A DNA stretch of 64,000 nt from positions 32,001 to 96,000 of IMG/VR virus record IMGVR_UViG_3300025889_017816; one strand, given 5' to 3'. Source of the DNA: a virus. Under the pieces are notes generated by a model, which had not been told where the DNA came from, ran no database searches, and worked only from the letters and a program-made list of their open reading frames with translations. Shown one piece after another: positions 1 to 10,337 of this stretch; within the stretch, counting starts at the first letter, position 1, and every line of letters starts with the position of its first letter. The translations under genes and the position numbers were made by a program.

Positions 1-182
1 TCGTATAATTTAAACTTTTGCAAACCAGAATCTAGAGTTACAATATAACAATAATTTTCAATAAAATATATTGGGTCTTTTTGACATTTTACAATTTCAC
101 TAATTTCTTCATTAGTAAATTGATGTTCGTAGCCAACAGGTTTTAAATTAGGATTGCCGTGGTATGAAGTTTCATTATTCAT
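1..182 (-). CDS. gp17: Terminase large subunit, N-terminal part (runs off window); not in ORF track
   Basis: Hand translation from ATG at 182: MNNETSYHGNPNLKPVGYEHQFTNEEISEIVKCQKDPIYFIENYCYIVTLDSGLQKFKLY; YxGNPNLK and C..DP.YFI.NY are typical of the T4-like gp17 N-terminus; overlaps gp16 stop. Confidence 0.93.
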   Translation of the reverse strand, partial: MNNETSYHGNPNLKPVGYEHQFTNEEISEIVKCQKDPIYFIENYCYIVTLDSGLQKFKLY

Positions 183-579
183 TTTCTATAATCTCAGCTT
201 CAGGTATTTCTTCCGTAGAAGTTTTTAATGCCTTCAAAAGATCATGTGTGGAACCAACAAAAAGATTATTTTGTGTTTGTATATTCTTTGGTTGGTCTTG
301 TTCTAATTCTTTCTTTTTCTTTTGTACATCTAACAAATCTTTTGCTACATCTGAAACTGTTTTGATTAATTGACCAGCAACTTCATATGCTCTAGGATGA
401 TCACTGTTTTTAGCAATATGTAAAATACCGTCTATAGCCTCACTACCTTTATCAATCAAGATATGTAAGGTTTCTCTAGCATGAGCAGCATCATCTTCAA
501 TTTGCTTCTTTTCAAACTTTTCAACGGTTTGATTTTCAGTTGCAGTCACATTAAATTTTTCATCTAATTCTTCAAACAT
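175..579 (-). CDS. gp16: Terminase small subunit
   Basis: HPRAYEVAGQLIK and NNLFVGST motifs; between gp15 and gp17. Confidence 0.93.
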   Translation of the reverse strand: MFEELDEKFNVTATENQTVEKFEKKQIEDDAAHARETLHILIDKGSEAIDGILHIAKNSDHPRAYEVAGQLIKTVSDVAKDLLDVQKKKKELEQDQPKNIQTQNNLFVGSTHDLLKALKTSTEEIPEAEIIENE

Positions 580-581
580 AA

Positions 582-1379
582 TTAATCTTCACTTGTGAAT
601 ATTTGATCAAAATCCTGTATATATGAATAGTTATCTGTTGGCAAGGCTGTAGATGGTGATAGATTAGTGGTAATTCTTGTACCAACTGTAGTATCGGGTG
701 TAGATGTTGCTGTTAATGTAGGGTCATCATATATATTCTGAATAGTTTTCTTAATGAGACCTGCATCACGAACATAACCATAGAAGTTTAATTTAACAGT
801 AAAGTCTAGGTTCCATATCACACTCAATCTTTTGTCAAAAGCTCCTTCCCACTCATCTTCATAAGAAACATTTTCTAATACAATTTGTAAATCGGTTTTA
901 ACACCTAAAGAAGGAATTTCATTAACTGTTACATTGAAATCAGGATTAAAATAAGGTAGAATTTGTTCTACGATTTGTAATCCGTCTTCTTGATTTTTTG
1001 CATATGCACTCAAACTTATTCCCATGTTATAAGGCGTTGACACAAAGGAATATACCACTCCGTTGTTGGTAGTGTCTAACGAACGAACAGTTTGGGTAAT
1101 AGCTAATTTTCTTGCTGGGTCATATCTAAAATCAGTAATCTCGAAACCCATTCTTGGTAAAGTTATTTGATAGGTTGCACGACCTGTTTCTAAATTAGGA
1201 GCTTCACGAATACGGTCAATAAATTTTTGCTTTGGCGCATAACTCAAAGGAACCAGAATACTTTGCACAATTTCATCACTAGAATTAGTTCTTCTTATTT
1301 GGATATTATTAAACAATGTTCCAAATGCAATAATAGCTTTTCTAATATGCTGATGATAGAAATGTTGATTCTTAAACAT
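582..1379 (-). CDS. gp15: Tail sheath stabilizer / tail terminator
   Basis: FYHQHIRKAIIAFGTLFNNI, VPLSYAPKQKF, LPRMGFE, QIVEQILPYF; T4 synteny. Confidence 0.95.
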   Translation of the reverse strand: MFKNQHFYHQHIRKAIIAFGTLFNNIQIRRTNSSDEIVQSILVPLSYAPKQKFIDRIREAPNLETGRATYQITLPRMGFEITDFRYDPARKLAITQTVRSLDTTNNGVVYSFVSTPYNMGISLSAYAKNQEDGLQIVEQILPYFNPDFNVTVNEIPSLGVKTDLQIVLENVSYEDEWEGAFDKRLSVIWNLDFTVKLNFYGYVRDAGLIKKTIQNIYDDPTLTATSTPDTTVGTRITTNLSPSTALPTDNYSYIQDFDQIFTSED

Positions 1380-2119
1380 TAGTATTCACCGAATGGGTTT
1401 ATTTCTGTGAAATCAAGAATATCCAAACCTTCAGATTCAAAGTCTGCATTGTCAGAGAAAGGTGTTTGAGTTCTTGTATTGTATTTTTCTAGAATAATTG
1501 CTCCTGAAGTTTGATTCAGTAACAAGTCTCCTGTTTCTAACAATACTTGATATTCAAACATATCCATACTCAAGTCGTCTACAGTATCATCAATAGCAGT
1601 AACACCAGTATCCATAATTTCTGAGCTGTACTGATAAAGCTCACATTGCATAGAATAGATATGGAATTTTCCTAATTGATAAAAAGGATCAAGATGCTGA
1701 ACAAATTTAATCTCAAACATACTATTAGTTTTAGGGAAATAAATTAAATCTCCCTCAGCAGGTCTAGATGCAATTTGTAAGACAGGAGTTCCGAAAGCAC
1801 CAACAACATCTTCCCAGCGACGTTTACTTACAACAAAGGTGGCTTGATCGGTAACACTAATACCAAACTTAGTAAATAATTCTCCGTCACCTTCCCATCC
1901 CTGAATATTGGTTAAAAACATTTCTAAGGGATATGCATTATCAAACTGGGATAATACATCCTCTCCAAGAATTTCATCCTGATCAACGGAAGTTCTTGGG
2001 AGATAATAAACATCATGACCATAGATCTTGATGCTCTCTATGATAAGATCTTCAAGTAATCTTTGTTCAGAAGTAGTTCCAGAAGTACTTCCACTTTGGA
2101 AATAAAAATTGGTAGCCAT
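1379..2119 (-). CDS. gp14: Neck protein (head closure)
   Basis: EQRLLEDLIIESIKIYGHDVYYLPR, RPAEGDLIYFP, PFYQLGK, C-terminal DFTEINPFG. Confidence 0.95.
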   Translation of the reverse strand: MATNFYFQSGSTSGTTSEQRLLEDLIIESIKIYGHDVYYLPRTSVDQDEILGEDVLSQFDNAYPLEMFLTNIQGWEGDGELFTKFGISVTDQATFVVSKRRWEDVVGAFGTPVLQIASRPAEGDLIYFPKTNSMFEIKFVQHLDPFYQLGKFHIYSMQCELYQYSSEIMDTGVTAIDDTVDDLSMDMFEYQVLLETGDLLLNQTSGAIILEKYNTRTQTPFSDNADFESEGLDILDFTEINPFGEY

Positions 2120-2120
2120 T

Positions 2121-3089
2121 TTAACCTACCATAAAATCAACGGGAAGCTCGTATCTTAATTGCATTTCCTGTTCGATTTGTGATATTTCTTCATTTGCCT
2201 CATCAAATATTTTTTGACCGTTCATTGTAATTCCCCCAGGGAGTTGCATACCTTCAAATTTCTTAAGGTTGATTCCCCATTGGCGTTTGATAAGAGCAGT
2301 AGAATATCTTTTTAAGAATATATCATCATATATCTCGGTCCATGTTGCGGGATCAAGAACTTTGTAAACTTCAAATATGATGTAATCTCCTGGCTTGAAT
2401 GTTTCTTGCCAATGTACATCTAGATATATTCTGTTTTGTTTTCTGTTGAATCTAATATTTCTATTACCTGCAAACATATCATCTAATAATTGTAGATGCA
2501 TTTTTACCTGATTATAATAGGTTACATCACTAGATAATAAGTTATACATATCGTTCAAACGGAACTGATATACAACGTCGAAAATATTAGTGCCTGCATG
2601 GCTACTACCAATAGTTCCTAATGGAAATGCACGGATAACACCTGTTACAGAATCAGCAACTTCAAAATAACGATCATCCCAATTTTTTTGTACATATGCA
2701 GATGATGCTGCTAGTGTAGCAGTTGTAGCAGATTGGTCTCCGGTAATGGTTTCTCCGTTGGAGAAAGTCCCAGAAACACCTTTTAGTAATAATTTATTTG
2801 ACCCGCTTATTTCATAAACCTTTGCTGTAGCTTCAGAAGTTCCACCTGTGATAGTTTCACCCACAGTAAAATTTGCGGCAACTAAAGTAGCTAAGCTAAC
2901 ATAGGAAGCCTCTATTTGCTCAGAGACATAAACACGCTCAACACCATCAAAATGATATTCTTGCCAAAACTCTAAGGCATCGTCAATTCTATCGCTTACT
3001 TGGTCATCATCAACGTTAATTTCTATAACTGGATGCCCTAAACGACGAAGACAGTAATCTACTAATTCAGTACGGGTTGTAACAGCCAT
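2121..3089 (-). CDS. gp13: Neck protein (head-tail adaptor) with an internal insertion
   Basis: YCLRRLGHPVIEINV, IKRQWGINLKKFEGMQLPGGITMNG; start taken at ATG 3089 behind GAGG. Confidence 0.93.
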   Translation of the reverse strand: MAVTTRTELVDYCLRRLGHPVIEINVDDDQVSDRIDDALEFWQEYHFDGVERVYVSEQIEASYVSLATLVAANFTVGETITGGTSEATAKVYEISGSNKLLLKGVSGTFSNGETITGDQSATTATLAASSAYVQKNWDDRYFEVADSVTGVIRAFPLGTIGSSHAGTNIFDVVYQFRLNDMYNLLSSDVTYYNQVKMHLQLLDDMFAGNRNIRFNRKQNRIYLDVHWQETFKPGDYIIFEVYKVLDPATWTEIYDDIFLKRYSTALIKRQWGINLKKFEGMQLPGGITMNGQKIFDEANEEISQIEQEMQLRYELPVDFMVG

Positions 3090-3100
3090 GTTACCTCGCA

Positions 3101-3158
3101 ATAAAAAGTTAGTTGGTATTACTATTTATAATCTTTAGCAATACCAACTAACTTTTAT
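3101..3158 (-). terminator. Long inverted repeat (probable terminator) with a T4 late promoter in its loop
   Basis: Arms AAAAGTTAGTTGGTATT / AATACCAACTAACTTTT; loop contains minus-strand TATAAATA at 3123-3130. Confidence 0.65.
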
Positions 3159-3563
3159 TTAATCTACGAGTATTGGTTGTAGTGCAGCAAGTGCATTAGC
3201 TGCAATTTCTAGACTTTCTGGAAGATCATTCATAGAAAGAGAAACATTACTAACTTCTACCTCAACGTTGAGTAAGTCACGAATTTCTTGATTCAAGGCA
3301 GAAATACTATCTGGATTAATTTGAATGGTGCCTTGAACAGGATTTCCATTAGTATCTACTCCTGGTACCACGTTACCATTCTCATCTCTCACTGCATGAC
3401 GCATACGAGCTTCATCCAAGGTCTTTTGTAAAGACTCAAAAAACGGAGTTAAAGTTGTTTTAGCTGTAAGTATCTTCCACGCAGTTCGTGCTGGAAGTCT
3501 TTCATCACTAAGAAGACTAAGTCCGTTTACAACACCATAAATTTGTTCATTTGTAAGATTCAT
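3159..3563 (-). CDS. Hypothetical protein, DUF1617-like, possible fibre assembly chaperone
   Basis: 134-aa helical-looking ORF directly after a fibre gene; GGAGG RBS; family resemblance from memory only. Confidence 0.5.
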   Translation of the reverse strand: MNLTNEQIYGVVNGLSLLSDERLPARTAWKILTAKTTLTPFFESLQKTLDEARMRHAVRDENGNVVPGVDTNGNPVQGTIQINPDSISALNQEIRDLLNVEVEVSNVSLSMNDLPESLEIAANALAALQPILVD

Positions 3564-3591
3564 TTTTCCTCCATAGTTAAAATCACCTAAT

Positions 3592-3620
3592 AATATAACA
3601 TATTTTTATTATATGTCAAG
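3592..3620 (-). promoter_or_regulatory. Sigma70-type (early) promoter
   Basis: CTTGACA-N16-TATATT with TG upstream of the -10, ahead of ORF 3563. Confidence 0.65.
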
Positions 3621-3622
3621 CT

Positions 3623-6600
3623 TTATTTATCTAACATTTTTTTAAGTTCTTCAATTTGCTCTTGTTGTTCCTTGATTGCTTCGATCAATACTGGAACCAA
3701 TTTTCCATAATCTAAGGTCAAGTAATTTTCACCTGACTTAGAAACTACATTATCTTCTTCGTCTCTAACCATGTCAAATGGTGCCAATTTAACAATCTCT
3801 GGAGCTACTTTTTGTACATCTTGTGCACTTAAACCTAGTTGTAGTTCTTTGCCTTCGAAACCTAATGATTGTGCTAGTTCATTATTTGTATATCTGAAAG
3901 CCTTTAGAGATTTAACCATATCAAGTGCATTGGTTACATCCTCGACCTTTTCCTTCAATCTTTCATCAGAATAGTAGGCCGTAATTTCACTTGTTGCAAT
4001 AATTTGTCCAGTAACGTGTAATGCTTGTGCGGGAGCTGCATTACCGATACCGACCTTGCCGGTGCTGTCTACTCTGACTCTTTCTACTCCGGCTGTCGTA
4101 ATACCAAGGGTGTCAGCAGCTGGAGCGTATATACCGGTATTTGTATCACCTGTCCAACTAAAGCTAGGTGCTGTCACCGTGTCTGCTGCGTTACCCAAGA
4201 ACTTAGCAAAGTCAACTGTTCCTGAACCTGTTAAGTTGGTCATACCTGTATATGAACCACTGATACGAGCATCTGGAACAGTTCCAGAACTTAAATTACT
4301 TGCATTCAATGAAGATAATGAAGCACCAGATCCACTAAATGTACCTGCAACTAATGTATTAGTACTAGGATTATAGTTAAGACTACTATCTTCATTTAGG
4401 CGCTTGTAACCACCAGCACTATTATCAGTAAATACAATATATCGTGTTGCAGCCGTACCTTCATCGTCCTCGATATATGGTTCAACTGTGATGTTTGCAG
4501 AACCATTGAATGAGACACCATTGATAGTACGAGATGTTTGTAATGTAGTGGCTGTTGATGCGTTACCTGACAATGCTGCTGTCACAGTACCTGCACTGAA
4601 GTTTCCAGAAGCATCACGGAAAACAATTGTACTTGCTGTGTTGGCATTTGTGGCATTAGATGTTACAGTAAAAGTACCGCCTTCGGAACTTACTGAACCA
4701 CTGATACCATTGCCTGATGTTGCACCTGCTCCAACATAGTTACCTGTTGTATCTGTACCTAGTGCCACGGAGTTGGCAGCAATAGTTGCTGTTAATGTAC
4801 CGCTTGCTAAATCAGTTAAAGTAACCGAGCCTGTTAAATCACCACCTAATGTAATTGTTGGGTCTGGCTTACTTAATACGTCAGCCCATTCAATGTTGGC
4901 ATCAACTGTTCCCTTAGTACCCGAAAAAACTTCGCTTGTGTTTGTGGCATCTGGGATGAATGTGAGTTTACCTGAACTATCATCAAATCCAAAGAAACCA
5001 ACTTTAGCTGCAGTCCCATTATGCCAACGGAATTCAACACCTCGATCCTTGTTATCATCTGTACTTGGAGCAGTATCACCACCTAAAGTAATGATTGGGT
5101 CATCAAGTGTTACTGTGGTTGAATTAACAGTTGTAGTTGTGCCGTTAACGGTTAAGTTACCACTCAATGACAAATTGGCAGCATTTACAGTACCTGTAAA
5201 TGTTGGTGATGCTAATGGAGCTTTTGCATTCAATTGTGTCTGAATGTTGCTCGTAACACCATCGGTATAGTTAAGTTCTGTTACTGTAGCTGTAATGCCG
5301 TCTAATGCATTCAACTCTGATGCTGTTGCAGTTAAATCTGTGATGTCAGCAACTGTATGTGTATGACCTGTAGCAGAAATACCAGCCTCTGCAAGGGTGT
5401 TGTTTATCCAAGCACTACCATTCCACTTTAATATCTCACCAGCACTATTAGTTGTAATAGTGGTGTTACTTAATGAATCTAAAGTATGGTTATGGGAAGT
5501 AGCGGAGATACCAGCCTCTGCAAGGGTGTTGTTTATCCAAGCACTACCATTCCACTTTAGAATTTCACCAGCACTATTAGTTGTAATAGTGGTGTTACTT
5601 AATGAATCTAAAGTATGGTTATGGGAAGTACTTGACTTACCATCTAACTGAGTTTGAATGTTGCTTGTAACACCATCAGTATAGTTAAGTTCTGCTGCTG
5701 TTGCAGTTAAATCTGTGATGTCAGCAACTGTATGTGTATGACCTGTAGCAGAAATACCAGCTTCAGCTAATGTGTTGTTTATCCAAGCACTACCATTCCA
5801 CTTTAGAATTTCACCAGCACTATTAGTTGTAATAGTGGTGTTACTTAGACCATCAAGAGTATGGTTATGGGAAGTACTTGACTTGCCATCTAACTGAGTT
5901 TGAATGGCAGAAGTAACACCGTCAACATAGTTGAGTTCTGTTACTGTAGCAGTAATGCCATCTAAAGTATTAAGTTCAGTAGCAGTAGCAGTTAAATCTG
6001 TGATGTCAGCAACTGTATGTGTATGACCTGTAGCGGAGATACCAGCTTCAGCTAATGTGTTGTTTATCCAAGCAGTACCGTTCCACTTTAATATCTCACC
6101 AGCACTATTAGTTGTAATAGTGGTGTTACTTAATGAATCTAAAGTATGGTTATGGGAAGTACTTGACTTACCATCTAACTGAGTTTGAATGGCAGAAGTA
6201 ACGCCGTCGGTATAATTAAGTTCTGTTACTGTAGCTGTGATACCATCCAAAACATTGAGTTCTGAAACTGTGGCAGTTAAGTCTGTTAATGTTGTGGCTG
6301 TTGAAGCATTACCACTTAGTGCTGCTGTGATTGTGCCTGCGGCAAAATTACCGGAAGCATCACGAGCAACGATGGCTGATGCTGTATTTGCATCAGTAGC
6401 AGTTGTGGCGGAATTACTTACCTTGCCTGCTGTAGAAATTGTTGACAATTTACTGTCAGCAATTGAACCAGCTAACATTGCATTAGTTACTGTGCCTGTA
6501 TCAGTGGTATAAACACCGTTAGTTACGGTGCCAGCATTGCCTGAAACATCACCAGTTACGTCACCTGTTAAGTCACCTGTAATTGTGCCTGTAGTGGTGA

Positions 6601-7684
6601 TGTTGTTAGCACCCATATCAAGTGGCTTGTTCATTGTCCACTTGTCACCAGTAGAAGCATAGGTGAATGTAGCAGAAGCTCCGTCTACTGTAATACCTGC
6701 ACCATTAGCTGCTGCAGCATTTACAGCACCAGATGCTACTGTAATGTTGAGGTCGTCTACTGATAATGAAGTAGAATTAATGGTAGTTGTAGTACCATCT
6801 ATCTGTAAATTACCTGTAACAGTTAAATTACCACCAATTGAAGCATTACTTGTTGTTGACAAAGTACCTGTAATAGCAGTATTGTCATTAAGTGCAATAG
6901 TACCTGTACCATTTCCACTCAAGGCAAGAGTGGTGTCTGCTGTTTTAGTGGTGATGCTATCTGTTTTAATACCACTAGCAAAAGAAACAGGGTTACCTGC
7001 ACTGTTTGAAACATTAGTACCATCTTCAATTTGAAGGGTACCTTTGATTTGAATAATTCCTGAGCCTGTAGGATCTAATTTAATATCACCGGAGCCTGAA
7101 GTTTGTACAGCAACATCTTGATTGGTATCAGCAGAAATTGTGATAGTACCAGAATTATCAGATACCACCTGCTGTCCATTAACATACAAAGAACCTGGGC
7201 CGACGAATATATCGGACCATTGTTTCAAGGCTGAACCAAGTGCATATGTGTTATCTACACTAGGAACAATGTTTCCTGAAACAGTTGAGTTACCTGTAAG
7301 CGTTACACCCGCAAATGATGGTGTATCTGATGTCCCAACAGCTTGACCAATAGATACCGCACCTGACGAAATACTAACACCAGTACCTGCTGTAATATGT
7401 GCTTGCACCTCAGCTGCACTAGGTCCAGTATATGTAATGACACCTGTACTGTTATTATACGACAGTGAACCATCACCGCCTGCGTCAGTAACACTAATAT
7501 TAGTTAGAGCAATAGCAGAAGTATTAGATAAGTCTGCTCTTGCTATCTCAAAACCACCCTGTGTAGAACCATCGTGCACTACAAGGGTGTCTTTAGAGGT
7601 ATCGACGGTTACCTCACCTTCTGCACCTGTGAATGATGCATGCTGTGTTGTGGTTCCTCGTCTAAATTGAACTGCTGTAGGCAT
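3623..7684 (-). CDS. Long tail fibre protein; Mtd_N-like N-terminus, HxH repeats, C-terminal S74 intramolecular chaperone
   Basis: N-terminal QFRRGTT..H.SFTGAEGEVTVDT; Thr/Gly/Ser-rich beta repeats; C-terminal YYSDERLKE...LDYGKLVPVLIEAIKEQQEQIE. Confidence 0.88.
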   Translation of the reverse strand: MPTAVQFRRGTTTQHASFTGAEGEVTVDTSKDTLVVHDGSTQGGFEIARADLSNTSAIALTNISVTDAGGDGSLSYNNSTGVITYTGPSAAEVQAHITAGTGVSISSGAVSIGQAVGTSDTPSFAGVTLTGNSTVSGNIVPSVDNTYALGSALKQWSDIFVGPGSLYVNGQQVVSDNSGTITISADTNQDVAVQTSGSGDIKLDPTGSGIIQIKGTLQIEDGTNVSNSAGNPVSFASGIKTDSITTKTADTTLALSGNGTGTIALNDNTAITGTLSTTSNASIGGNLTVTGNLQIDGTTTTINSTSLSVDDLNITVASGAVNAAAANGAGITVDGASATFTYASTGDKWTMNKPLDMGANNITTTGTITGDLTGDVTGDVSGNAGTVTNGVYTTDTGTVTNAMLAGSIADSKLSTISTAGKVSNSATTATDANTASAIVARDASGNFAAGTITAALSGNASTATTLTDLTATVSELNVLDGITATVTELNYTDGVTSAIQTQLDGKSSTSHNHTLDSLSNTTITTNSAGEILKWNGTAWINNTLAEAGISATGHTHTVADITDLTATATELNTLDGITATVTELNYVDGVTSAIQTQLDGKSSTSHNHTLDGLSNTTITTNSAGEILKWNGSAWINNTLAEAGISATGHTHTVADITDLTATAAELNYTDGVTSNIQTQLDGKSSTSHNHTLDSLSNTTITTNSAGEILKWNGSAWINNTLAEAGISATSHNHTLDSLSNTTITTNSAGEILKWNGSAWINNTLAEAGISATGHTHTVADITDLTATASELNALDGITATVTELNYTDGVTSNIQTQLNAKAPLASPTFTGTVNAANLSLSGNLTVNGTTTTVNSTTVTLDDPIITLGGDTAPSTDDNKDRGVEFRWHNGTAAKVGFFGFDDSSGKLTFIPDATNTSEVFSGTKGTVDANIEWADVLSKPDPTITLGGDLTGSVTLTDLASGTLTATIAANSVALGTDTTGNYVGAGATSGNGISGSVSSEGGTFTVTSNATNANTASTIVFRDASGNFSAGTVTAALSGNASTATTLQTSRTINGVSFNGSANITVEPYIEDDEGTAATRYIVFTDNSAGGYKRLNEDSSLNYNPSTNTLVAGTFSGSGASLSSLNASNLSSGTVPDARISGSYTGMTNLTGSGTVDFAKFLGNAADTVTAPSFSWTGDTNTGIYAPAADTLGITTAGVERVRVDSTGKVGIGNAAPAQALHVTGQIIATSEITAYYSDERLKEKVEDVTNALDMVKSLKAFRYTNNELAQSLGFEGKELQLGLSAQDVQKVAPEIVKLAPFDMVRDEEDNVVSKSGENYLTLDYGKLVPVLIEAIKEQQEQIEELKKMLDK
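5230..6290 (-). repeat. Internal tandem repeats of fibre 3623-7684
   Basis: Four near-identical copies of HNHTLDSLSNTTITTNSAGEILKWNGSAWINNTLAEAGISAT with HTHTVADITDLTATA and TELNYTDGVTS.IQTQL blocks; near-identical at DNA level. Confidence 0.9.
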
Positions 7685-7723
7685 AAGTTAATCTCCAGGA
7701 CTCTTATATTGTAAATTAGTTGG

Positions 7724-7948
7724 TTAGTAAGTTCCACCATCAATTGTGTCAACCTGCGAACCAGGTATGGTTGCAGACGCACTTAAATTATTTAGATCAG
7801 CTCTACAAAGTTCAAAACCACCTTGTGTAGATCCATCATGTACTACTGCTGTTTTTTTTGTTGTGTTTACTGTAATTTCAGCTTCTGCACCAGTAAATGA
7901 TGCATGCTGTGTTGTAGTGCCACGTCTAAATCTAATTCTAGTTGACAT
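7724..7948 (-). CDS. Small fibre-associated protein (stand-alone Mtd_N-like domain)
   Basis: FRRGTTTQHASFTGAE.E.TV.T.K.T.VVHDGSTQGGFE is nearly identical to the N-terminus of 3623-7684; ends IDGGTY. Confidence 0.8.
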   Translation of the reverse strand: MSTRIRFRRGTTTQHASFTGAEAEITVNTTKKTAVVHDGSTQGGFELCRADLNNLSASATIPGSQVDTIDGGTY

Positions 7949-7951
7949 TTA

Positions 7952-8305
7952 TTATAAGCTCCCGTAATCTATATTGTTACCGGATCCTACGCTATCAGCG
8001 ATAGAACCATAATCCTGATCTGAATTATAAGTCATTCTAACAATGGCTGTATTGCTTTCAGATGAAGTATCTATGGTGAATAGCCCACTAGAAGTATCTG
8101 CAAATTTTAAAATATCTACCGTTGCTGTACTATCGGTATCTGTAACCACCATTCCGCCTTGTATTGCTTTAATAGCATCAGAAGAATCTCTAATATAGAT
8201 TTTTTTATCTGCAGTATTAACAGCAATTTCACCTACAGCAATATCTGCTGTGGTGGGGGCGCTACTGCCAGTTTCACTTCTTTTAGGTTTAATTACAAGT
8301 GCCAT
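7952..8305 (-). CDS. Small fibre-associated virion protein
   Basis: N-terminal KRS....APT...GEIAVN.ADKKIY motif shared with 8418-10280; ends IDYGSL. Confidence 0.7.
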   Translation of the reverse strand: MALVIKPKRSETGSSAPTTADIAVGEIAVNTADKKIYIRDSSDAIKAIQGGMVVTDTDSTATVDILKFADTSSGLFTIDTSSESNTAIVRMTYNSDQDYGSIADSVGSGNNIDYGSL

Positions 8306-8368
8306 TGATTTTATTCCCGAGTTAGTTGTTTTTATAGTTACAATGACATATTTGTTTTATACAACCCA

Positions 8369-8395
8369 GGAAGTCGGGCCACTGACCCGACTTCC
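8369..8395. terminator. GC-rich intergenic stem-loop (terminator or mRNA-stabilising hairpin)
   Basis: GGAAGTCGGG-N7-CCCGACTTCC perfect 10-bp stem; no strong U-tract. Confidence 0.5.
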
Positions 8396-8417
8396 GTGGT
8401 TATAATTACTTCACATA

Positions 8418-10280
8418 TTAATATGTACCACCATCCACTACGTTGGTCCAAGCAGGTGTACCTGAGTTTGAATACAGGAAGTATCCACTAGTACCTGCTG
8501 CTGTTACTTGAACAGCACTTGTACCATTACCATAAAGAATACCATTACTGGTGAAAGTTGTAGCACCTGTACCACCATCACCTACTGCAATTGCTGATGA
8601 TAGTGAAGATACTGTACCGCCAGTAACGTTACCCTCAAGGTTTGCTACTATTGTTGCTACAGCATAGCCTGTACCAGCAACGTTAACTGTTGTGGTTGGG
8701 GCAGCTTGTAGATCTTTGAACAAACGGAACTTGCCGTCTGATGCATCACGGAAAAGACCGGCATATAGATCCAATGAACCTGATGTGTCATATAAACCAT
8801 AGAAACCAATATCGACAGCATCGGTTGAGTTATTATCGTTACCTAAGATAATTAGAGGATCTGTTACACTTAAGGTTGATGAGTTAACTGTAGTGGTTGT
8901 ACCTGAAACAGTCAAGTTACCAGCAACAGTTACGTTAGCACCTGAAAGTGTGATTGCGGTTGTGCCGCCACTTGATTTAATGTCGTTACCACCGACTGTC
9001 AAGTCACCGACCAATACTACGTCATCGGTTAATGCGACTGTAACTGCTGCACCTTCACCTGAACCACTAACTGCAATTTGATTTGATGTACCAGCTACGG
9101 TTGCTACATAATCACCTGTTGTATCTGTGCCAAGTGCAACTGAATTGGCAGCAATTGTTGCTGTCAAAGTTGCATTTGCTGAACCATCAATTGATACGCT
9201 ACCTGAAAGGTCACCACCAAGTGTGATTGTGCGTGCTGTTGCCCATGCTGATGCGGTTGTAGCATTACCACTTAGTGCTGCTGTGATTGTACCAGCGGCA
9301 AAGTTACCTGAACCGTCACGAGCAACAACCTTTGAAGCTGTGTTAAGTGCTGTGGCGTCAACTGCCAATGTGATAGCTGCACCCTCAGAACCACCATCAC
9401 CACCGGTCATGTATGAGCCGTTTGTGATACTTGCAACATAGTTGCCTGTTGTGTCTGTACCAAGTGCTACTGAGTTTGCTTGAATGGTTGCTGTTCCGTC
9501 CTCAGCAATTAGAACATCACCTGAAACTGCTGCATAAACATAATCAGCAACATCTTCTGCTGTGATTTTTCTGTTTGCTGTTGCTGATGCATCATAAACA
9601 AGGAACAAGTCAGCATCTGCAAGAGCAGTTAATGCTGTACCGCCGTTAATGTTTACTAAGGTGTCTGTAACTGAGTTAAGACTAACTGCACCTGAAGAAA
9701 CAGAGAAATCTGTTGAATTGAATGATGCAACACCCTTGTTTGATGTTGTTGCATCTTCGCCTGAAACTGTTACTGTGTTGTCTGTAATGGCAATGTCAAT
9801 ACCTTCACCACCAGTAAAGGTCATTGTTTGGCCAGTACTGAAAGTATCAGAACCTGTATCGCCTGCAATTGTGAAACTTGATGAAGCTGGTGATGCAAAT
9901 GATAGTACACCTGAACCATTGGTGGTTAGGATTTGACCACTTGTACCATCAGCTCCTGGTAGAGTAAATGCTACATTTGCTGTAACAGTTGCTGGGGCCT
10001 TAAGTGTTACACTTGCTGAACCATCAGCATCTGCCAAAACAACTGCTGCACCATTGGTGCCATCTTTAGGATCTAAGAAAGCATCAACTGTATCGGTGTA
10101 GTATTTACCACCAACTTTTTGAATAACAGCAGCAGAACCAGAATCTACAGATTCGATATAAAGAACGGCACTGGCACCGTCATTGGATGCATCTTCTGCG
10201 TACGCTAGCTCGCCTTCAACCAAATCTGAAGTTGTTGGTGCTGAAGAACCAGAAGAACGTTTAATTTGAATTACGGTCAT
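8418..10280 (-). CDS. Tail fibre / virion fibre protein
   Basis: IQIKRS...EGELAY N-terminus, [14 protein letters not shown] repeats, [14 protein letters not shown] motif shared with the other fibres; ends VDGGTY. Confidence 0.82.
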   Translation of the reverse strand: MTVIQIKRSSGSSAPTTSDLVEGELAYAEDASNDGASAVLYIESVDSGSAAVIQKVGGKYYTDTVDAFLDPKDGTNGAAVVLADADGSASVTLKAPATVTANVAFTLPGADGTSGQILTTNGSGVLSFASPASSSFTIAGDTGSDTFSTGQTMTFTGGEGIDIAITDNTVTVSGEDATTSNKGVASFNSTDFSVSSGAVSLNSVTDTLVNINGGTALTALADADLFLVYDASATANRKITAEDVADYVYAAVSGDVLIAEDGTATIQANSVALGTDTTGNYVASITNGSYMTGGDGGSEGAAITLAVDATALNTASKVVARDGSGNFAAGTITAALSGNATTASAWATARTITLGGDLSGSVSIDGSANATLTATIAANSVALGTDTTGDYVATVAGTSNQIAVSGSGEGAAVTVALTDDVVLVGDLTVGGNDIKSSGGTTAITLSGANVTVAGNLTVSGTTTTVNSSTLSVTDPLIILGNDNNSTDAVDIGFYGLYDTSGSLDLYAGLFRDASDGKFRLFKDLQAAPTTTVNVAGTGYAVATIVANLEGNVTGGTVSSLSSAIAVGDGGTGATTFTSNGILYGNGTSAVQVTAAGTSGYFLYSNSGTPAWTNVVDGGTY

Positions 10281-10337
10281 CGGAATTTCCTTGTTTTTAG
10301 GTTTATGATTGCTTTTTCCTGCGTTGCTTTAATAATA

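Noticed and set aside
5230-6290. CRISPR-like array
   Set aside because: Repeats are long, in-frame coding modules with no unique spacers
3623-7948. Diversity-generating retroelement suggested by Mtd_N-like domains and repeats
   Set aside because: No reverse transcriptase or non-coding template repeat in the window; repeat differences are not adenine-specific by eye
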